64,000 nucleotides of DNA from an uncultured virus (IMG/VR IMGVR_UViG_3300044638_007692) (IMGVR_UViG_3300044638_007692:1-64000); one strand, 5' to 3'; shown: positions 27,560 through 37,102, numbered from the stretch's first letter. Numbers and translations are program-made. Notes: generated from the letters alone by a model not told the origin.

Positions 27560-29386
27560 GTGACTGAGAGACGAGATTTAACAGGAGTTCAGCTACATCT
27601 AGTTGACTCTGTAGAAAAAGCGCAAGCTTTTCTTCATTGGTTGGGTGAACGACGTCCATACAATGCTATAGCGATTGACACTGAAACTGGAGAACGTCCA
27701 GGTGGTCAACGTAAAGATGCATTGTCTCCTTGGCATGGTGATTTACGTCTTGTCCAAGTTGGTGACGGAATGACTGGCTGGTCTATTCCATGGGAAGAGT
27801 GGAATGGCGTTTTCTATGAAGCAATGAATCGTTTTGACGGTCCTATTGTTTGTCACAACGTTGCGTTTGAAGCTCGCTGGTTTGAAATTAAATCTCGCTG
27901 GCGTATTCCATGGGACCGTGCACATGACACAATGATTATGGCTCACATTGTTGACCCTCTTGGTGTCGGTGGTCTAAAAGAACTTTCTGCTCAACATATA
28001 GACCCATACGCTGCGCATCTTCAATCAAAACTTGATGAAGAACTTTCTGCTAATGGTTGGACTTGGGGAACTGTTCCAATTTCTTTTGAACCATTCTGGT
28101 CTTACGGTGCTCTCGATACAGTACTAACAATGCGTTTGTGGGAGATGTACTGGGAAAAGTGTGGCCCTAATGGTCCATACAATCGAGCTTACGAATTAGA
28201 GATGGGCGCACGAAAAGTCGTTACTCGTATGGAAATTAACGGCGCTCGCGTTGATGTCGATTACTCAAAGAAAAAGTATGAAGAACTTCTTGACTACACA
28301 GAGAAGACAAAACTTTGGGCATTCAATCGTTATGGTGGCTCGATAACAAGTAATCAACAGCTTGTCAGAATGTTGGAAGAACTTGGTGGAGAAATTACAG
28401 AGTTCACCGCTTCTGGTCAAAAGTCTGCTGCAAGAGACCAACTAGAAAAACTTGCTATTGAAGGCAACCAAGAAGTTAAAGAGTTAGCAGACATAGTTCT
28501 TCAAGTTAGAAAAGCAGAAAAACTAGCAAGCACTTACTTTTTAAACTTTATCAATATGAACATAGATGGAGTTCTTCACCCATCTATCAAAACAGTAGCT
28601 GCTAGAACTTCTCGTATGTCAATTACAGACCCAGCATTGCAGACTCTGCCTAAAGGTGATGCAACTGTGCGTCGAGCCTTCATCCCTAAAGACCCTGACC
28701 ATGTGATTATTACATCTGACTTGGATCAGGTCGAGTTCCGTATGTTCTCGTCTTTGTCAGGGGATGAAAACCTAATCAATCTATTTAACATGGCAGATGC
28801 AACTGGTTCTGATCCATTTACTGAGATTGGTCGTCAGGTTTATCAAGACCCAACTATGCAAAAGTCTGACAAGCGTCGTAACCTCATTAAGGGTGTTGTC
28901 TACGGACGACTCTATGGTGCAGGTGTTGCTAAGCAAGCTTTAACTGCTGGTGTTCCAGAACCTCAAATGCGAGCTGTGTCTGATTCATTCGACGTTAACT
29001 ATCCAGGTATGGCTGCTTTTCAAAAACATATCGACAGCATTGGTCAAGAAAGACTTCGCACTGAAGGGCAAGGATATGTTCACACTTGGACTGGACGTCG
29101 AATCCCTTGTGACGAAGAGCGTACATACACGCTAGTCAATTATTTGATTCAAGGTGGTGCTGCTGAAGTGTTTAAGTCAAATCTTTTAAAGCTAGACCAA
29201 GCAGATTTGACTGACTACTTAATTGTTCCAGTACATGACGAAATTGTTCTTCAAGCCCCTCGTGAAGAGGCTGAAGAAATTAAAAAAGTTGTTCGTGAAT
29301 GTATGACTACCAGAGAAGGTTGGGCTGTTCCATTAACGGCTGATGTTGAAGGACCACTCGAGAACTGGGGGCAAAAGTACGAATGA
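27560..29386 (+). CDS. polA: family A DNA polymerase (3'-5' exonuclease plus polymerase, no 5'-3' exonuclease)
   Basis: ExoI AIDTETG, ExoII HNVAFE, ExoIII YGALD; motif A SDLDQVEFR, motif B RNLIKGVVYGRLYG, motif C VHDEIV. Confidence 0.95.
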   Translation: MTERRDLTGVQLHLVDSVEKAQAFLHWLGERRPYNAIAIDTETGERPGGQRKDALSPWHGDLRLVQVGDGMTGWSIPWEEWNGVFYEAMNRFDGPIVCHNVAFEARWFEIKSRWRIPWDRAHDTMIMAHIVDPLGVGGLKELSAQHIDPYAAHLQSKLDEELSANGWTWGTVPISFEPFWSYGALDTVLTMRLWEMYWEKCGPNGPYNRAYELEMGARKVVTRMEINGARVDVDYSKKKYEELLDYTEKTKLWAFNRYGGSITSNQQLVRMLEELGGEITEFTASGQKSAARDQLEKLAIEGNQEVKELADIVLQVRKAEKLASTYFLNFINMNIDGVLHPSIKTVAARTSRMSITDPALQTLPKGDATVRRAFIPKDPDHVIITSDLDQVEFRMFSSLSGDENLINLFNMADATGSDPFTEIGRQVYQDPTMQKSDKRRNLIKGVVYGRLYGAGVAKQALTAGVPEPQMRAVSDSFDVNYPGMAAFQKHIDSIGQERLRTEGQGYVHTWTGRRIPCDEERTYTLVNYLIQGGAAEVFKSNLLKLDQADLTDYLIVPVHDEIVLQAPREEAEEIKKVVRECMTTREGWAVPLTADVEGPLENWGQKYE

Positions 29387-29868
29387 ACTCTAACTATGCA
29401 ATTTTGGCAGTAGACCCAGGTAAAGCCACGGGTATAGCTCTTATTACATGGAGCGGAGGGGCTGATGACTTTCCAGTTAAAGTTTATTCAATGGAATCTC
29501 AGCCTGAAGACTTTGCTTCTGACGTAAGAGCAGTGATGGCCCAATATAAAAACTCGCCCTCATTCAAAGTTGTGTGTGAGCGTTTTATTATAAATGCAGC
29601 CACTGTTCGAAATTCTCAGGCTCCATACTCTCTAGAGCAAATAGGAGTCTTGAAACATCTATGTAGGGAAGATGGTTATTCGCCAGAAAACATATGGATG
29701 CAAAACCCAGTAGACGCAAAGAACATGTTCCCAAATGATGCTCTAAAAAAGGTTGGAACTTGGCACGTGGGTGGGGAAGGTCATGCTAATGATGCAATAC
29801 GACACGCCCTACTAGCTCTAGCCAAGCAAGGATGGGTACCTCGTGTACTCTTAGACAAAGAAAAATAA
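29383..29868 (+). CDS. RuvC-like Holliday junction resolvase
   Basis: LAVDPGKATG, VVCERF and HANDA acidic motifs of the RNase H fold. Confidence 0.75.
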   Translation: MNSNYAILAVDPGKATGIALITWSGGADDFPVKVYSMESQPEDFASDVRAVMAQYKNSPSFKVVCERFIINAATVRNSQAPYSLEQIGVLKHLCREDGYSPENIWMQNPVDAKNMFPNDALKKVGTWHVGGEGHANDAIRHALLALAKQGWVPRVLLDKEK

Positions 29869-29936
29869 CTATCAAGAATTTTAAAGTTTTTTAATTTTTC
29901 GTGATAGTATGTTTGACATAGTGACAGGAAGTAAAA

Positions 29937-31736
29937 ATGCCAGTATTTGTGGATTTAGACGCTGAAAAATCCAACATAGTCATTCAAGCTGAGTGGCGAT
30001 TTAAAGACCTTTGTAAGTCTATTCCAGGCTCTAAATGGTCTACAGAAGACCAGCTATGGAGACTGCCTTTAAGCTGGTCCAGTTGCCTTGCTTTGCGCTC
30101 CACCTTCCTCCATGACCTTCAAATAGGTCCAGCCCTTAATGATTGGGCAACCAATGAATTAAATACCCGTATTTCGCCTTCTATGGCCCTTAGAGAGGTT
30201 TTAGAGGCGGAAGGGGATGAAGACCTATTCCCACACCAAAGAGCGGGCGTACAGTTCCTCAGCACCGCTAAGCGTGCCCTGCTCGCTGACGAGCCAGGTT
30301 TAGGTAAAACGGCTCAGGCAATCAGAGCCTTGAAAAAACTACAAAACGACGGTGAGCAGGTCTTTCCAGCACTAATCGTTTGCCCTAACACCCTAAAAAA
30401 GAACTGGGCGAGAGAGTTTGAAAAATGGTGGCCTGAAGTCACCACTCAAGTTGTCAAAGGAACAGCAGTACAACGCAAAAAACAATTCGATGCTCAAGCC
30501 GATGTTTATGTTCTCAATTGGGAGGCTTTAAGAGGCCACTCAAGACTTGCTCCTTATGGCTCTGTGGCTTTGACTCGCTGCTCCGATTGTGGAGGTCACG
30601 ACGAGTCTGTTAGTGCTAACCGCTGCGAAGTGCATCAGCGTGAGTTGAACGCTATTGATTTTAAAGCTGTAATTGCAGATGAGATTCACCGCTCTAAGGA
30701 GCCAAAGTCAAAGCAGACTCGAGCTCTATGGGCTGCAACTGGCGATGCTCAAATTAAGTTTGCTTTAACTGGTACACCGATTGCAAAAGATGTAGTCGAC
30801 CTATGGGCAATCCTTCACTGGTTGTCACCAAAAGACTGGCCTAGCAAAACTCGTTGGATTGAGCGAATGGTAGACACCATGTTAAATGCATTTGGTGGAA
30901 TGCTTGTTATCGGAGTAAAGCCTCACATGCAAGCAGAATTCGACAAAGCTGTTCAACCTGTTATGCGACGAATGTTGAAGTCTGTTGTGCTCCCTTGGTT
31001 GCCAGAGGTAATCAACGAACGTCGTGACATTGAAATGTCTCCTAAGCAGAAGAAGGCTTATGAGCAAATGCGTGACACCATGATTGCAGAGTTAGAAAAC
31101 GGTTCTGCTCTCACTGCTCCAAGTATTTTGACGCAGACTTTAAGACTTCTGCAGTTTGCAAGTTCTTCTGCTGTTCTTGAGACAAATGAGCAAACAGGAG
31201 AAATAGCTGTATATCTGACTGAACCTTCTTGCAAAGTTGATGCACTCATGGACGATATTGAAAGCGGAGACTTTGGTGATGATTCAGTGGCAGTTTGCGC
31301 TGTGTCTCGGCAATTAATTGATTTAGTAAGTGCCGAGATGACAAAGAAGAGCATCCCTCACGGGCTTATTACAGGTGCTCAAACAGAAGATGAACGTCAG
31401 AAAGCCATCGATGATTTCCAATCTGGAAAAACTAAATGGATTCTATTTACTGCTCAGGCGGGTGGTGTTGGTGTAACTCTTACTGCTGCTCGCCGTTTGA
31501 TTATGCTTCAACGCCCTTGGTCGCTAGTTGACCACAAGCAAGCCCTTGATAGAGTTCACAGAATTGGTTCCGAAATTCATGACTCAGTAATCATCACTGA
31601 TTACGTGACTGAAGGAACTATAGAAGAACGTGTTATCGATGTTCTCGAGAAAAAAGCTCAGAACTTTGAAGACATCGTTCAAGACCAAACACAACTACTA
31701 AAACTACTTAAAGACGATAAGGCAGGGTTACTATGA
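29937..31736 (+). CDS. SNF2-family helicase with N-terminal HARP-like domain and Cys/His insert
   Basis: LADEPGLGKT, DEIH, LTGTP, QALDRVHRIG; N-terminal KSIPGSKW...WRLP; CSDCGGH...CEVH insertion. Confidence 0.9.
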   Translation: MPVFVDLDAEKSNIVIQAEWRFKDLCKSIPGSKWSTEDQLWRLPLSWSSCLALRSTFLHDLQIGPALNDWATNELNTRISPSMALREVLEAEGDEDLFPHQRAGVQFLSTAKRALLADEPGLGKTAQAIRALKKLQNDGEQVFPALIVCPNTLKKNWAREFEKWWPEVTTQVVKGTAVQRKKQFDAQADVYVLNWEALRGHSRLAPYGSVALTRCSDCGGHDESVSANRCEVHQRELNAIDFKAVIADEIHRSKEPKSKQTRALWAATGDAQIKFALTGTPIAKDVVDLWAILHWLSPKDWPSKTRWIERMVDTMLNAFGGMLVIGVKPHMQAEFDKAVQPVMRRMLKSVVLPWLPEVINERRDIEMSPKQKKAYEQMRDTMIAELENGSALTAPSILTQTLRLLQFASSSAVLETNEQTGEIAVYLTEPSCKVDALMDDIESGDFGDDSVAVCAVSRQLIDLVSAEMTKKSIPHGLITGAQTEDERQKAIDDFQSGKTKWILFTAQAGGVGVTLTAARRLIMLQRPWSLVDHKQALDRVHRIGSEIHDSVIITDYVTEGTIEERVIDVLEKKAQNFEDIVQDQTQLLKLLKDDKAGLL

Positions 31737-32662
31737 GCGAAGTAGTCAGAATCTCCAACAGCGAGATTCAAACATTTAAAGATTGCCGTCGCAAGTGGTG
31801 GCTTACTTACTATAGAAGATTGCAACCAAAGTATAGAGACTCTACTGGTGCACTCGTACTTGGTACAAGAATTCACGCTGCGCTAGATGACTACTACGCA
31901 AACGGAACACCGCTTCTAGAATCACACTCAAAACTTTTAAACGCAGAAAAGCAAGTACTTCTTGCAGAGTTCAAAGACGTCTCCGAGTTGGAAAAAGAGG
32001 GAGAACTTGGACACATCATGCTTGAAGGCTACTTGCAATGGGTAGAAGAAAATGGCATTGATGCCGAACTTGAAATGATTTCTACAGAAGAAGTTATTAC
32101 CGCACCGCTTTTCAATGGAGAAGTTGAACTCACTGGAAAGCTTGATATGCGTGTGCGTCGCAAGGGTGATGGTGTTCGTATGTTCCGTGACTTTAAAACA
32201 GTTGGCGGTTCATTGAGCGAATTTGCAAACCTTGCACCAATGAATGAACAGATTTTGACATACATGCTCTTGGAATCCACCAAGAAGGATGAGTCAGAAC
32301 GCTCAGACGGAGGCATCTTCACAATGTTGAAGAAGGTACGACGTTCTGCAGCGGCACGTCCGCCGTTCTACGACCAAATCGAAGTACGGCACAACATCTT
32401 CACCCTACGCTCCTTCTGGGACCGTCTGCACGGCACTATTGCCGACATGATGCGTGTTAGAACAGCATTGGATGAAGGTGAGAACCCAGCTTTCCATGCG
32501 TATCCACGCCCTTCGCGTGACTGCAAATGGAAGTGCCCATTCTTCACTGTTTGCACACTTGTTGATGATGGCAGTGCCGCAGAACAAGCAATCAGTGATA
32601 ACTTCGTAGTAGCAGATCCATATGCTTACTATGGTCAAGAAGAAACTAAAGGAAACGAGTGA
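31733..32662 (+). CDS. PD-(D/E)xK RecB/Cas4-like exonuclease
   Basis: SNSEIQTFKDCRRKW, GTRIHAAL, GKLD, DFKT, QILTY, CKWKCPFFTVC (four Cys, Fe-S type). Confidence 0.85.
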   Translation: MSEVVRISNSEIQTFKDCRRKWWLTYYRRLQPKYRDSTGALVLGTRIHAALDDYYANGTPLLESHSKLLNAEKQVLLAEFKDVSELEKEGELGHIMLEGYLQWVEENGIDAELEMISTEEVITAPLFNGEVELTGKLDMRVRRKGDGVRMFRDFKTVGGSLSEFANLAPMNEQILTYMLLESTKKDESERSDGGIFTMLKKVRRSAAARPPFYDQIEVRHNIFTLRSFWDRLHGTIADMMRVRTALDEGENPAFHAYPRPSRDCKWKCPFFTVCTLVDDGSAAEQAISDNFVVADPYAYYGQEETKGNE

Positions 32663-32665
32663 CGC

Positions 32666-33454
32666 ATGAGTGAAATCCAACGGTCCCTGACCGTAATGGT
32701 TTACGGAGAATCAAAAGTTGGTAAATCAACTTTCGCCGTAACCGCACCATACCCACGACTCATGCTTGACGTTGAAGGCGGTCATAGATTCTTGCCTATC
32801 GTCGTTAAGTACTGGGACCCACTGCGAGAGGAACCACCTGTAGCAGATGGAACTTGGGATACCTGCGTAGTCACAGTACGTGATTACGACACGGTGATTA
32901 AAACATATCAATGGTTGCAACTTGGTAAGCACCAATTTAAATCATTGATTATTGACTCTATATCAGAGTTACAAGTTAAGTGCATGGACAGCATCGCTGG
33001 AAACGAGCAGATGAAGATGCAACAGTGGGGCGAACTACTTCGCCACATGGGTGGCCTTCTCCGCGACCTCCGCGACCTAACGATGCACCCAACTAACCCA
33101 CTCGAGGCTGTTGTTCTTACAGCAATGTCTCGTGTTACTCAGGATGGAAAGCACAGACCTTACCTACAAGGTCAGCTTGCTATTCAAGCGCCATATTTCT
33201 ACGACATTCTTGGTGCTTTGACTATCGAGTCTTTCCCCAACCCTGACCCGCTTTCACCTCCTTACAAGGTTCGTCGTATGTACGTCGAACGCACAAATGA
33301 GTATGAAGCAGGAGAACGAGTTCAAGGCCGATTGGGCTCGATTGTCGAACAAGACAAGCTATCTATTGATGTCATGCTCGACACTATCTTCGGACCAAAA
33401 CAAGTACCACAAGCACAACAAACCACCACTACTAAGAAAGAAGCAAACGCATGA
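32666..33454 (+). CDS. AAA_24/Sak4-like ATPase (recombinase)
   Basis: VYGESKVGKST Walker A, LDVEGG, LIIDSISE Walker B; lies between the exonuclease and SSB-like genes. Confidence 0.8.
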   Translation: MSEIQRSLTVMVYGESKVGKSTFAVTAPYPRLMLDVEGGHRFLPIVVKYWDPLREEPPVADGTWDTCVVTVRDYDTVIKTYQWLQLGKHQFKSLIIDSISELQVKCMDSIAGNEQMKMQQWGELLRHMGGLLRDLRDLTMHPTNPLEAVVLTAMSRVTQDGKHRPYLQGQLAIQAPYFYDILGALTIESFPNPDPLSPPYKVRRMYVERTNEYEAGERVQGRLGSIVEQDKLSIDVMLDTIFGPKQVPQAQQTTTTKKEANA

Positions 33455-33984
33455 GTACTCTCAATTGGGCAGACCTCATTAAAAATGCAGGTGAATCTGC
33501 ATCTTATGAGCCACTACCAGATGGCGACTACGACTTGAATGTTGTAGAAGCTGTTGCAAAGGTAACGCAGTCTGGTAAGACAATGTTTTCACTCAAGGCA
33601 CAGGTTGAATCTGGTGCTTTCGCAAAGCGTCTTGTTTGGGACAACCTAACAATTTCGCCTGAAAACCCAACAGCTCTCGGAATCTTTTTCCGTAAGATGG
33701 GCGCACTAGGTCTTACAAAAGACTTTTTCGACCGTGCACCATCAAATGCACAAATTGAAGCAGCACTTCAGGGTCGACGCTTCCGTGCTCAGGTTGGTCA
33801 GAAGACTTATCAGGGTAACAAGAAGAACGAAATTAAGAACTACTACCCAGCGGCGGGTGGAGCAACTGCAGGAGCTGCAGTACCACCAGCACCAGCTGCA
33901 GCGGCACCAGCCCCTGCACCAGCCCCTGCACCAGCACCAGCACCAGCTGCTGCACCTGCGGCGGCACCAGCAGCACCGTTTTAA
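33451..33984 (+). CDS. DUF669-like single-stranded DNA-binding protein with Pro/Ala tail
   Basis: YEPLPDGDY...SGKTMF...VWDNL...YQGNKKNEIK; (AP)n tail ending APF. Confidence 0.7.
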   Translation: MSTLNWADLIKNAGESASYEPLPDGDYDLNVVEAVAKVTQSGKTMFSLKAQVESGAFAKRLVWDNLTISPENPTALGIFFRKMGALGLTKDFFDRAPSNAQIEAALQGRRFRAQVGQKTYQGNKKNEIKNYYPAAGGATAGAAVPPAPAAAAPAPAPAPAPAPAPAAAPAAAPAAPF

Positions 33985-34000
33985 GGTGACATCTGTGTTA

Positions 34001-34031
34001 GAGCCGCCCAACGTTTAGCGTTGGGTGGCTC
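34001..34031 (+). terminator. intrinsic terminator-like hairpin
   Basis: GAGCCGCCCAACG-tttag-CGTTGGGTGGCTC 13-bp stem (one G-U) right after the recombination block. Confidence 0.75.
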
Positions 34032-34055
34032 TTCACATAAATGAAAAAGGACATT

Positions 34056-35069
34056 ATGAAAGTTTTAATTACTGGATGTACTGCACAGCAAGCGTCTAAA
34101 AAGCATGCAGAGAGAACTCCTACTTTTAGTAACTTATTAGGTCAAAATTTTAAAAATGCTGGCGTTGACGTTACTTTTGCCTCCCCTCAAATTAACTGGG
34201 AAAAGTCTTATCTAGAAAAGTTTGATTTGGTAATAGTTGGTATTGCCCCAACAACCAGCATCTCTGCTAACAAAATTTATCCTGCTTTTATAACAGCAAA
34301 TAAGTGTAAAGAAATAGGAAACCTATCTCTTTTAATTGATGCCCCAGAGAGTTTTAAAATTCCTCCGTCTCTAAATGCTTGGACCACCGAGGCGTCAACT
34401 TTTAAAAGTTTTTATGACAGAAGAAAAAGTTATTCTGATGTTGTAGACAATCCAGAGCTTAAAGCCGAGATTAAAAGTTTTGTTGAATATCTGAGTAATG
34501 AACCGTGGCCCACAACTTTTTACCCATCCTACCCATGGTCAACTGCAGACCTACTAACTAAATATCTTCCTAATCTTTCTGCAGAAAGCCTAGTAGGCGT
34601 AAGTGTGGATTCGTACATCCTTCTTCAGCCAGAAAAAACAAAAAACTACTACCTCAGTGACGAGTATTGGGTGTGCGATTCTTTTAATTCTTCTGGAAAA
34701 AGCTACGCTCAAATGCTGACAAAAAAGGTTGTCCCAATCAAACAAGACGTTTGGGAAGTTGAATCAGAGACTCTCACTCATATCCGTGGAGCAGTCGGAA
34801 CGATTGTACCTACCTATAGAAATAATGAATCTTGGTGGTCTCCTGCACTTGCTCAATCTCTATCTCAGGGGGTTCCTGTAGTTCACGATTGGAAAATCAC
34901 GGGGTATATGGGAGAAGAGTGGAGACATCTTGCAACAAGCGTAGAGCTTATGGACACGGTGGAACGGACAGAACTAGCGTTTAGTCAAAAACAATCATAT
35001 CTTGATCAACTTCCTAGCCAAGATGATATAAACGAAAAATTAACTAAAACACTAAAACAGTTAGCTTAA
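34056..35069 (+). CDS. putative GT-B fold glycosyltransferase-like protein
   Basis: MKVLITG N-terminus with AAGGA SD before ATG 34056; FDLVIVGIAP; C-terminal WWSPALAQSLSQGVPVVHDW resembles GT-B donor-binding helices. Confidence 0.45.
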   Translation: MKVLITGCTAQQASKKHAERTPTFSNLLGQNFKNAGVDVTFASPQINWEKSYLEKFDLVIVGIAPTTSISANKIYPAFITANKCKEIGNLSLLIDAPESFKIPPSLNAWTTEASTFKSFYDRRKSYSDVVDNPELKAEIKSFVEYLSNEPWPTTFYPSYPWSTADLLTKYLPNLSAESLVGVSVDSYILLQPEKTKNYYLSDEYWVCDSFNSSGKSYAQMLTKKVVPIKQDVWEVESETLTHIRGAVGTIVPTYRNNESWWSPALAQSLSQGVPVVHDWKITGYMGEEWRHLATSVELMDTVERTELAFSQKQSYLDQLPSQDDINEKLTKTLKQLA

Positions 35070-35118
35070 ACCTTTACTAAACAACTAAAAACTAATACAC
35101 TTTAAGAAAGGAGGTCAA

Positions 35119-35541
35119 ATGTCAAACTTAGACATGGATTGGGTTAAGTCCCAATTACAGGCAGCTAAGGTAAGAAAGCCAGTTGGCGATGCCACAATGA
35201 AATTAATTGAACTGATTGAGTCTTTAGACCTTACTCCTGAATTTAAAAATAAAGCAATTGATATGTTTGCTTCACTAGCAAAAGGTCACATTGTTGTTAA
35301 AGAAAATAAAAATGAAACTTGGATTCCAGTACAAGCAGGTTTCATTAAAGTAGCCGAACAAGTACGAGTCAAAGCTGATGCTTTTGATGGAGAACTTGGG
35401 CCGATTCACAACGGACGTCGAGGCGTTGTTGTGGGTGTTAGGTACGGAGACGTCATTATTAAAAGTAATGATGGTAAAGAACCTATTCTTGACGGGGCTC
35501 ACTACCCACCAGCTAAATTAGAGAAGCTGGTCTTGACATGA
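35119..35541 (+). CDS. hypothetical protein with C-terminal SH3-like domain
   Basis: SD AAGGAGG; VRVKADAF...HNGRRGVVVGVRYGDVII. Confidence 0.7.
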   Translation: MSNLDMDWVKSQLQAAKVRKPVGDATMKLIELIESLDLTPEFKNKAIDMFASLAKGHIVVKENKNETWIPVQAGFIKVAEQVRVKADAFDGELGPIHNGRRGVVVGVRYGDVIIKSNDGKEPILDGAHYPPAKLEKLVLT

Positions 35542-35789
35542 AAAGTATTACCTTGAATCTAACAGTTCAAGGTGATAGTTATGAAGAGCTTCGTGAAAAA
35601 GCTGACATAGCTATTGCAAAATTTTTAGGGACTAATGACGAGGGAGATGATTTTTTTGACGAAGAAGACACCCCAGAAAATTTTCAACAAGTCAATTACG
35701 AACTAATAGTCACACAAAAAGAAGACATTACGTCTGTATACGAATACTCTGCACAAGTGATTGCGAAGGTAAAAGATGTCGGAAAATGA
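35538..35789 (+). CDS. hypothetical acidic protein
   Basis: 83-aa ORF, ATGA overlap. Confidence 0.6.
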   Translation: MKSITLNLTVQGDSYEELREKADIAIAKFLGTNDEGDDFFDEEDTPENFQQVNYELIVTQKEDITSVYEYSAQVIAKVKDVGK

Positions 35790-36084
35790 AGTAACTCCCC
35801 CACGCATAGAAGCTCTTAGAGAAGCAGCTCGTATTATCTCTACTGATAGAAACACTAATTATGGGGACCCTGAAGATAATTTTGACCGAACAGCAAAAAT
35901 TTGGTCTGTAATTCTAGGAATCCCTATTTCAAACGAAGATGTAGCAATGATGATGGTTGGTTTGAAAATGGCTCGCTATGCAAATAAAGGTGAGTTCCAA
36001 CCAGACACATGGATTGATATTGCTGGTTATGCTGGATGTGGTTATGAAGTAGGACTTCGAGAAGACAAGAAGAAGAAGGGATAA
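35776..36084 (+). CDS. DUF6378-like protein
   Basis: DRNTNYGDPEDNF..TAKIWS...DVAMMM..LKMAR...DTWIDIAGYA. Confidence 0.8.
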   Translation: MSENEVTPPRIEALREAARIISTDRNTNYGDPEDNFDRTAKIWSVILGIPISNEDVAMMMVGLKMARYANKGEFQPDTWIDIAGYAGCGYEVGLREDKKKKG

Positions 36085-36091
36085 GTTTTAA

Positions 36092-36370
36092 ATGATTCGT
36101 CCTCCTTGGCAGTATGAAGACCCACTTTGTGCTCAGGTAGGAGGAAACTTCTTTTTTTCTGAAGATAGAGATGAACCAAATCTGCCTGGAACACCAGAAA
36201 TAAATTACGAAGGTGCAAGAAAGATATGCAAGAGTTGTGCACATCTTGTTGAATGTGCTTTATGGGGGCTAGAAAATGAAGAATTTGGTATGTGGGGCGG
36301 TTTAAGCCCTGTTGATAGAAAGCATATAAAGAGTAAACGTAAGCCATTCCCTTATAAGAAAACAGCGTAA
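36092..36370 (+). CDS. whiB: WhiB family transcription factor
   Basis: C...CKSC.....C four-Cys pattern plus FGMWGG. Confidence 0.9.
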   Translation: MIRPPWQYEDPLCAQVGGNFFFSEDRDEPNLPGTPEINYEGARKICKSCAHLVECALWGLENEEFGMWGGLSPVDRKHIKSKRKPFPYKKTA

Positions 36371-36380
36371 AATTATTGTA
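36368..36380 (+). promoter_or_regulatory. putative leaderless promoter
   Basis: TAAAAT 36368-36373, 6 nt before ATG 36380, no SD. Confidence 0.45.
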
Positions 36381-36700
36381 TGAGCGGTGGACCTATAGTC
36401 ACTCCTACACCAGTCTGCGAGCAGTGCTGGCTAAAAGAGCACGCCCGCTGGGAGCCACACAGTATGGACGACTACGGCAACATTAAAATGGCTTTGTCAG
36501 GTGTGGATGTACCTCAAAAGATAAATACAGGGACAGTTGAAAGCTGCTCCGTCTGTGGGAAAATCACAATTGCTGGGATCTTTGATGTAAAAGAACACAA
36601 GATTGTCTTCTCTGCCGAGTCTGAAGAATCTCGAGCATATGAGGAAGATGAATACCAAGAAGACGAGCTTGGTGGCTATTATGGGGAAGATAGGGAGTAG
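36380..36700 (+). CDS. hypothetical Zn-binding protein with acidic tail
   Basis: CEQC and CSVC pairs. Confidence 0.65.
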   Translation: MSGGPIVTPTPVCEQCWLKEHARWEPHSMDDYGNIKMALSGVDVPQKINTGTVESCSVCGKITIAGIFDVKEHKIVFSAESEESRAYEEDEYQEDELGGYYGEDRE

Positions 36701-36702
36701 TC

Positions 36703-37041
36703 ATGAAGGATAAAAGAATTGGCGAGTCTCTTTGGATTCACTGGGACGGTGAAGGCTACATTGAACAAAAACTTTACACTGATAGCATTTATTATACTAA
36801 AGAGCATGTTGATCTTGAAAATGAATTAGTTCGCAGGGGTCTAGCATCAACACTACAAAGAGACGGCATAGTCGATTCTCTGTCAGATGGGTTTAATTCA
36901 ATTGTGGATTCACATGTAGAAATTGGTTGGGCAGGTATTATAGAAGGAGAAAATAATTACACCTTCTGTGATGCAAATGGTGAAACCGAATACGGTGAGT
37001 ACGTAGAAGAAGTTTTTGAGTTCACTTGGGTTGAATTATAG
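36703..37041 (+). CDS. hypothetical acidic protein
   Basis: 112-aa ORF with GGGAG SD. Confidence 0.65.
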   Translation: MKDKRIGESLWIHWDGEGYIEQKLYTDSIYYTKEHVDLENELVRRGLASTLQRDGIVDSLSDGFNSIVDSHVEIGWAGIIEGENNYTFCDANGETEYGEYVEEVFEFTWVEL

Positions 37042-37102
37042 TTTTATAGTTTATAGTGTGTTGCTTACTTATTTTATGGTTTTATAGTATATAGTCTAAT
37101 GT

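Noticed and set aside
31733..32662. Cas4-like nuclease as evidence of a CRISPR-Cas system
   Set aside because: There are no other cas genes and no repeat-spacer array; it sits in a standard exonuclease-Sak4-SSB recombination module
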